From NCBI GenBank assembly GCA_014380545.1, contig JACMJP010000092.1, forward strand, positions 1 to 41,131: a DNA stretch of 41,131 nt. Reading direction: 5' to 3'. The position numbers and the translations under genes are program-made. Shown here in pieces: positions 36,113 through 41,131 of the stretch (the first letter of the stretch is position 1; every line of letters starts with the position of its first letter). The notes under the pieces were generated by a model. The model did not search any database and was not told the DNA's origin. It saw only the letters and a list, made by a program, of their open reading frames with translations. The DNA comes from Chitinophagales bacterium (GTDB lineage Bacteria > Bacteroidota > Bacteroidia > Chitinophagales > BACL12).

Positions 36113-37222
36113 CTAAATCTTTAGCTGCAATTGTGCAACAAACATATTTGCTGCATCAATTGCGTCACTTCCTGAAATCGGTTTTTTCCAATCAGTATGA
36201 ATAAAATTCAGTTGCAGCCTTGCATTATTATCAGGGAGAAAATTAAAAGCGATATTTCCAGTAATTGTAGAAAATTCATTTTCATCAATTGAAGATAAAG
36301 GATCAGTATTTTCAAATTTACCGCCTACTTCTAATAGTTTACACCATTTTTTATTGAGGTCAAATTTTAATAATGCCTGTGCTTCATATCCGCCCATATT
36401 AAAGTCTTCAATTTTTTTTGCTGCTGTTGTATCAGCATTATAGCTCAATACATTTGTTCCATTTAAATATTCACCTTCAATTAGCAGAGATACTTTGGAA
36501 TTTATTTTTTCCTGAATAGAAATATCAGCACTATAAGAGTTTCCAGTTTCATCTTTTAAACCAATTACCTGGTCAGTAACAGCAAGGCGAACTCCTTTAA
36601 TTGGAGTAAACTCAATGCGCCCTAAAATATTCTTCGATGAATTATCATCGTAACCAACTGATCTGTCACTTGCATTTACTGCAGCTAAATAATAATTAAG
36701 TGGTGTTTTGTCTTTCAGCAAATTTCCAAAGATCATAACACCCGGTTGATAAGAAGCTAAATAACTGTTCACAAATAAAATACTTGTGGGTCCACGGTCT
36801 ATCATGCGCAAATTATCGTAAGGAGTTAATTCGTCAAGTACAAAAGGAACAAGAAATTGCCCTGCACGAATTTGAAAACCATCTTTCAATTTAAAATTTG
36901 CATAAGCAAGTTCAATTGTTTTACCGGGTGTTGATGTTTTCAATTCCGGCAATTGCAAACGAATTGTTCCTGTTATTTTTTCAGAAAGCAAGAGATCAGT
37001 TTTAATCGCTGCTCTCCTTATTCTAAAATTATTATTAACCGGATCAGCATTAAATTTATTCTGAACATCAACACTATCTGTGAGGGAAGATTCAAACCGG
37101 TTTTGTAAAATAAATTGCCACTTAATTGTAGGGTTAAATATCTTAGTGTTTTCTGTTTGCGTAAAAGCTGCATTACTATAAAACAAAAAACAAGCGATTA
37201 ACATAAGTAAAGATCTTTGCAT
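36113..37222 (-). CDS. OprO/OprP-like (phosphate-selective porin family) outer membrane protein, paralog 2
   Basis: FRIRRA, RAGQFLVPF, MIDR motifs; signal peptide from ATG 37222. Confidence 0.8.
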   Translation of the reverse strand: MQRSLLMLIACFLFYSNAAFTQTENTKIFNPTIKWQFILQNRFESSLTDSVDVQNKFNADPVNNNFRIRRAAIKTDLLLSEKITGTIRLQLPELKTSTPGKTIELAYANFKLKDGFQIRAGQFLVPFVLDELTPYDNLRMIDRGPTSILFVNSYLASYQPGVMIFGNLLKDKTPLNYYLAAVNASDRSVGYDDNSSKNILGRIEFTPIKGVRLAVTDQVIGLKDETGNSYSADISIQEKINSKVSLLIEGEYLNGTNVLSYNADTTAAKKIEDFNMGGYEAQALLKFDLNKKWCKLLEVGGKFENTDPLSSIDENEFSTITGNIAFNFLPDNNARLQLNFIHTDWKKPISGSDAIDAANMFVAQLQLKI

Positions 37223-37320
37223 GTGGTAGGTTTTGCGCAAAGTTGAAAGTATTTATCCTTCAAATAGTAAATGAAGTGTTAATCTTAAGGCCGAAAATAA
37301 AACTTTGTGTAAAGGAGCAC

Positions 37321-37344
37321 AAAAAAACCCTGTCTTTATCAGGG
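37321..37344 (-). terminator. Terminator after porin paralog 1
   Basis: CCCTG-7nt-CAGGG stem with A7 on the left (U-tail on minus strand). Confidence 0.55.
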
Positions 37345-37370
37345 CGTAACCTAAAATATCTTCTGTATTC

Positions 37371-38489
37371 TTATATTTTTATTTGCAATTGGGCAACAAA
37401 CATATTAGCAGCAACAATCGCCTCACTACCTGAAATCGGTTTTTCCCAATCAGTATGAATAAAATTCAACTGTAATCTTGCAGTATTATCAGGTAAAAAA
37501 GTAAATCCAATATTTCCGGTAATTGTAGAGAAAGCATTATCGTCAACATCAATTAAAGGATCAGTATTTTCATATTTAGCACCAACTTCAAAGGTCTTAC
37601 ACCAGCTTTTATTAATATCAATTTTAAATAATGCCTGGGCAAAATATCCGCTTAAATTATTTTCATCAATTGCAGGTGCAGTTGTATCTGCAACAAAAGC
37701 AGTAATATTTGAACCCACAATATATTCTCCTTCAACAATCAGTTTTGTTTTTTCTGAAATATTTTTAATAAGCTGCAAATCTGCTCCGTAAGAAGTAGTG
37801 TTAGTTGAATCATTTAAGAATATTTCCTGTCCGCTTATTCCAATTCTAATTCCTTTAACAGGTGAAAACTCTATTCTGCCTACAAGGTTTTTCTGTGAAT
37901 TATCATCATAAGGCAACGCCCTTGAACTTCCGTTTACCAAAGCCAGATAGTAATTTAATGGTGTTTTATCTTTCAAAAAATTTCCAAAAACCATTAACCC
38001 CGGCTGGTAACTCGCCTGGTTATTACTTACAATCAACACACTGGTCGTTCCCCTGTCAATCATTCTCAGATCTTCATGGCTTGTTAATTCATCCAGTTCA
38101 TACGGTGTCTTAAATTGCCCAAACCTTATCTGCAGGGCATCATTTGCTCTATATTCACCATAAGCAAGCTCAATCACATTTCCATAGTTACTTGTACTGG
38201 TAGATTTTAATTGTGGTAATTGCATACGAATAACCCCGCTCCATTTATCATTTAATTTTATGTCTGCTCTTAATTCAAGTCTCCTTAATCTGAAATTATT
38301 ATTAACCGGATCCGCATTAAATTTATTCTGTACATCTACACTATCTGTCAGGGAAGATTCGAATCTTGATTGCACCAGACCCTTCATCCTAATCGTAGGG
38401 TTAAAAGTTGATTCACTATTTTGTGCAAAAAGGTTTGAAGAAAATTGGATGATCATTACACAAACCAGTAAGCAGTAGAGTTTTCCCAT
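37371..38489 (-). CDS. OprO/OprP-like (phosphate-selective porin family) outer membrane protein, paralog 1
   Basis: FRLRRLEL, RFGQFKTPY, MIDR, DDNSQKNLVGR; signal peptide. Confidence 0.82.
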   Translation of the reverse strand: MGKLYCLLVCVMIIQFSSNLFAQNSESTFNPTIRMKGLVQSRFESSLTDSVDVQNKFNADPVNNNFRLRRLELRADIKLNDKWSGVIRMQLPQLKSTSTSNYGNVIELAYGEYRANDALQIRFGQFKTPYELDELTSHEDLRMIDRGTTSVLIVSNNQASYQPGLMVFGNFLKDKTPLNYYLALVNGSSRALPYDDNSQKNLVGRIEFSPVKGIRIGISGQEIFLNDSTNTTSYGADLQLIKNISEKTKLIVEGEYIVGSNITAFVADTTAPAIDENNLSGYFAQALFKIDINKSWCKTFEVGAKYENTDPLIDVDDNAFSTITGNIGFTFLPDNTARLQLNFIHTDWEKPISGSEAIVAANMFVAQLQIKI

Positions 38490-38523
38490 GTTAAGTTATT
38501 TTAAAGTTAAATTAAGTTGAATG

Positions 38524-38570
38524 CAAATTTAACTTCACCTGATCCGTATATAGTTTAACAGTATGTTAAG
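38524..38570 (-). promoter_or_regulatory. Porin promoter: -7 box with upstream palindrome
   Basis: Minus-strand TAAATTTG at 38524-38531; TTAACA-GTA-TGTTAA palindrome at 38555-38569. Confidence 0.45.
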
Positions 38571-38775
38571 TTTTAGTATTGTTTTTATTAAGTACATATA
38601 TAATTAATAACAGAATCATTCAAAAACGAATAAAATTGAAAGTTTAGTTTTACTTAATAATGAATAACAGTTGAAAAAAATGTGACTAACATCCTCCAAA
38701 ACTAAATACCTGAAGTGGAAACGCAGATTTCTATTTGTGCATCCGCATTGCAAGTTATAATTTTAGCTCCGCTTT

Positions 38776-39126
38776 ATGGGACCTGCATCACTTATAGTTT
38801 TGATTTTAGCTGCTGTAGCATTTTCTGCCGGAGGAATTCTACTTTCAAAAGTTGTTTTGAGGGCAAGTAAAAATGCTGTGAAGGGAGAACCCTATGAATG
38901 CGGTGTTCCTACCGTCGGTCCGAGCTGGGTTCAGTTTAATGTGGGTTATTATTTATTCGCACTCATCTTTTTAATTTTTGATGTGGAGCTGATTTTCCTT
39001 TATCCATGGGCAGTTACGGTTCAAAAACTTGGTATGTTTGCTTTTGTAGAAGCTGTTATCTTTCTATTCATATTATTTATGGGATTTCTTTATGCGCACA
39101 AAAAAGGAGCTTTAAAATGGATGTAA
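38776..39126 (+). CDS. nuoA: NADH-quinone oxidoreductase subunit A
   Basis: [27 protein letters not shown]. Confidence 0.95.
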   Translation: MGPASLIVLILAAVAFSAGGILLSKVVLRASKNAVKGEPYECGVPTVGPSWVQFNVGYYLFALIFLIFDVELIFLYPWAVTVQKLGMFAFVEAVIFLFILFMGFLYAHKKGALKWM

Positions 39127-39671
39127 AAAACCCTTATATGGATGGCAATCCTTTTCCGGGTGATGTGCACCAAACAGCGGGAGGAGGGATTTTAGTAAGC
39201 AAATTAGACGATGTGATCAATTGGGCAAGAAGTAATTCTTTATGGCCGCTCGTATTCGGAACCAGTTGTTGTGCTATTGAAATGATGAGTACAGCTTCCG
39301 CAAAATACGATTGGGGCCGTTTTGGTTTTGAAGTGGCAAGAGCAACACCCAGGCAAGCTGATGTAATTATTATTGCCGGAACCATTGTAAATAAAATGGC
39401 TCCCGTATTAAAAAGATTATATGATCAGATGCCGGATCCTAAATACGTAATTGCCATGGGAGCATGCGCAACAAGCGGCGGTCCTTTTTTCTATAATACA
39501 TACAGTGTAGTGAAGGGGGCGGATCATATTATTCCTGTGGACGTTTACATTGCCGGTTGCCCACCAAGACCTGAAGCATTATTGCATGCAATGATGACCT
39601 TGCAGCAAAAAATAAAAGCCGGTGGAAAAAGAGAAAAGATAATGATTGAGAAATATTCAGACAAAGTTTGA
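39117..39671 (+). CDS. nuoB: NADH-quinone oxidoreductase subunit B
   Basis: [26 protein letters not shown]; ATG at 39117 overlaps the nuoA end. Confidence 0.96.
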   Translation: MDVKNPYMDGNPFPGDVHQTAGGGILVSKLDDVINWARSNSLWPLVFGTSCCAIEMMSTASAKYDWGRFGFEVARATPRQADVIIIAGTIVNKMAPVLKRLYDQMPDPKYVIAMGACATSGGPFFYNTYSVVKGADHIIPVDVYIAGCPPRPEALLHAMMTLQQKIKAGGKREKIMIEKYSDKV

Positions 39672-39697
39672 AGATCGAATAATTAAGAAAAGAATAA

Positions 39698-40153
39698 ATG
39701 AATATTGAAGAGTTAAAAATTAAATTACCAGAAATTCAACCTTCAATCACATTTGAAGAAGGCGGAGAATTTTTAAATTTGAATATTGATGCAAAAGAAT
39801 TCAAAGATTTTGCGCAGATGATCTTTAATAATGATAATTTATCTTTTAATTATTTATTTTGCCTAACATGTGTTGATTGGAAAACACATCTCACAATGGT
39901 GTATCATTTTGAATCAACAAAACACCGGCACATTATTGTAATTAAATCGAAGTTAGATAGAGAAAATCCGGAAATAGAGACTGTAAGTGACATTTGGCGC
40001 ACAGCAGAATTACATGAACGGGAAGTATATGATTTGTTTGGAGTACGGTTTATTAACCATCCTGACCTAAGAAGATTATTTTTAACGGAAGATTGGAACG
40101 GGTATCCTTTGAGAAAAGATTATGAAGATCCGGTTAATATGATAAAATTATAA
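39698..40153 (+). CDS. nuoC: NADH-quinone oxidoreductase subunit C
   Basis: EREVYDLFGVRFINHPDLRRL...GYPLRKDY. Confidence 0.95.
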   Translation: MNIEELKIKLPEIQPSITFEEGGEFLNLNIDAKEFKDFAQMIFNNDNLSFNYLFCLTCVDWKTHLTMVYHFESTKHRHIIVIKSKLDRENPEIETVSDIWRTAELHEREVYDLFGVRFINHPDLRRLFLTEDWNGYPLRKDYEDPVNMIKL

Positions 40154-40183
40154 AATAAATCACCTGAGAATTTTTAATTAACG

Positions 40184-41131
40184 ATGAGCGACCTGAGTCA
40201 TTTAATGGAAGATGTTATACCAGAATCTTCAACCAAAAAAAATCTTGATGAAGGCGATCTTATTATAAACATCGGCCCGCAGCATCCATCTACAAATGGA
40301 GTGTTGCATCTTGTTATTACACTTAATGGCGAAACAGTAAAAAAAGTTGAACCACATCTCGGATATATTCATCGCTCTATTGAAAAAATGTGTGAGAGTT
40401 TAAGTTATCGCCAGTTTATTTATTCTACTTCCCGCATGGATTATTTATCATCACACATAAATAATCATGGTTGCGCATTATGTGTTGAAAAAGGTTTACA
40501 GGTAGAAATACCAAAAAGGGCACAGGTAATTCGTGTGCTCATGGATGAATTAACTAGACTTGCAAGTCACCAGTTATGGTGGGGAGCCATGGCAATGGAT
40601 GTTGGCGCACTCACTCCTTTTTTCCTTGCATTCAGGGAAAGGGAAATGATAAATGAAGTGATGGAAAAAACATGCGGCGCAAGATTAACGATGAATTATA
40701 TTGTTCCCGGCGGAGTCATGTTTGAACTGCATCCCGATTTTCAAAAAGATGTAAAAGAATTTATCCGTTTTTTCAAAACAAAAATTGATGAATATGATGA
40801 ATTGGTTACCGGAAATATTATTTTTCAAAACCGCATGAAAAATGTTGGATATATTTCAAAACAAGATGCGATTAGTTATGGCTGCAGCGGGCCAACTGCA
40901 AGGGCAAGCGGAGTAAATTGCGATATCAGAAAATTATATCCATACGATGTATATAATGAAGTTGAATTTGAAGAAATTATTGAAAGTGATGGAGATTGTT
41001 TTGCAAGATATTTAGTGCGCATGAAAGAAATGCGTCAATGTTTAAGTATCATTGAGCAATTAATTGACAATATTCCTGAAGGAGATTTCCAGGCAAAAAC
41101 AAAAGCTGTATTAAAATTGCCGAAAGGAGAA
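40184..41131 (+). CDS. nuoD: NADH-quinone oxidoreductase subunit D (3'-truncated by window edge; absent from the ORF track)
   Basis: Own translation from ATG 40184: NIGPQHPSTNGVLHL, GYIHRSIEK, RMDYL, ELTRLASH, GARLT, GDCFARY. Confidence 0.95.
   Translation, partial: MSDLSHLMEDVIPESSTKKNLDEGDLIINIGPQHPSTNGVLHLVITLNGETVKKVEPHLGYIHRSIEKMCESLSYRQFIYSTSRMDYLSSHINNHGCALCVEKGLQVEIPKRAQVIRVLMDELTRLASHQLWWGAMAMDVGALTPFFLAFREREMINEVMEKTCGARLTMNYIVPGGVMFELHPDFQKDVKEFIRFFKTKIDEYDELVTGNIIFQNRMKNVGYISKQDAISYGCSGPTARASGVNCDIRKLYPYDVYNEVEFEEIIESDGDCFARYLVRMKEMRQCLSIIEQLIDNIPEGDFQAKTKAVLKLPKGE

Noticed and set aside
38681-38696. CRP/FNR-like site TGTGA-N6-TCCTC upstream of nuoA
   Set aside because: Second half-site is too degenerate to support
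1041-39385. Many short antisense or overlapping ORFs in the track (e.g. 1041-1247, 2969-3229, 10174-10524, 17266-17670, 21830-22168, 37862-38113)
   Set aside because: They lie within well-supported genes on the opposite strand or another frame and show no recognisable motifs; these are shadow ORFs

Overview
AT-rich chromosomal window from a Bacteroidota genome (probably Chitinophagales/Saprospirales-like; inferred from gene order, T9SS genes and TAnnTTTG promoters). The backbone is: accB(partial)-accC; a T9SS-secreted Cys-type sulfatase; purT; an orphaned atpZ/atpI-like pair, bactofilin and M23 peptidase divergent from sprE/porW-pbp1A; uvrC; the motor operon porP-gldKLMN preceded by tamA-like, DUF4271, hemD and a nonsense-interrupted yyaL; hemW; a TlpA / DUF6029 / Omp28 Cys-pair cluster; two tandem OprO/OprP-like porin paralogs; and the start of a nuoABCD operon. 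The most unusual region is a small accessory islet (about 13.1-15.95 kb). Its two uncharacterised genes (a 129-aa membrane-anchored beta protein and a 618-aa, 17-Cys protein with tandem transthyretin-like domains) each carry the same 30-bp palindromic operator exactly 16 bp upstream of a -7 promoter box. The larger gene has a structured-looking 5' leader and abuts a start-less HEPN-like gene fragment. Other oddities: NuoD has Asn in place of the quinone-binding His, there is an unannotated orphan T9SS CTD frame, and there are three different small palindromic elements. I saw no rRNA, tRNA, CRISPR array, transposase or integrase. All family calls come from motif recognition by eye, not from database searches.
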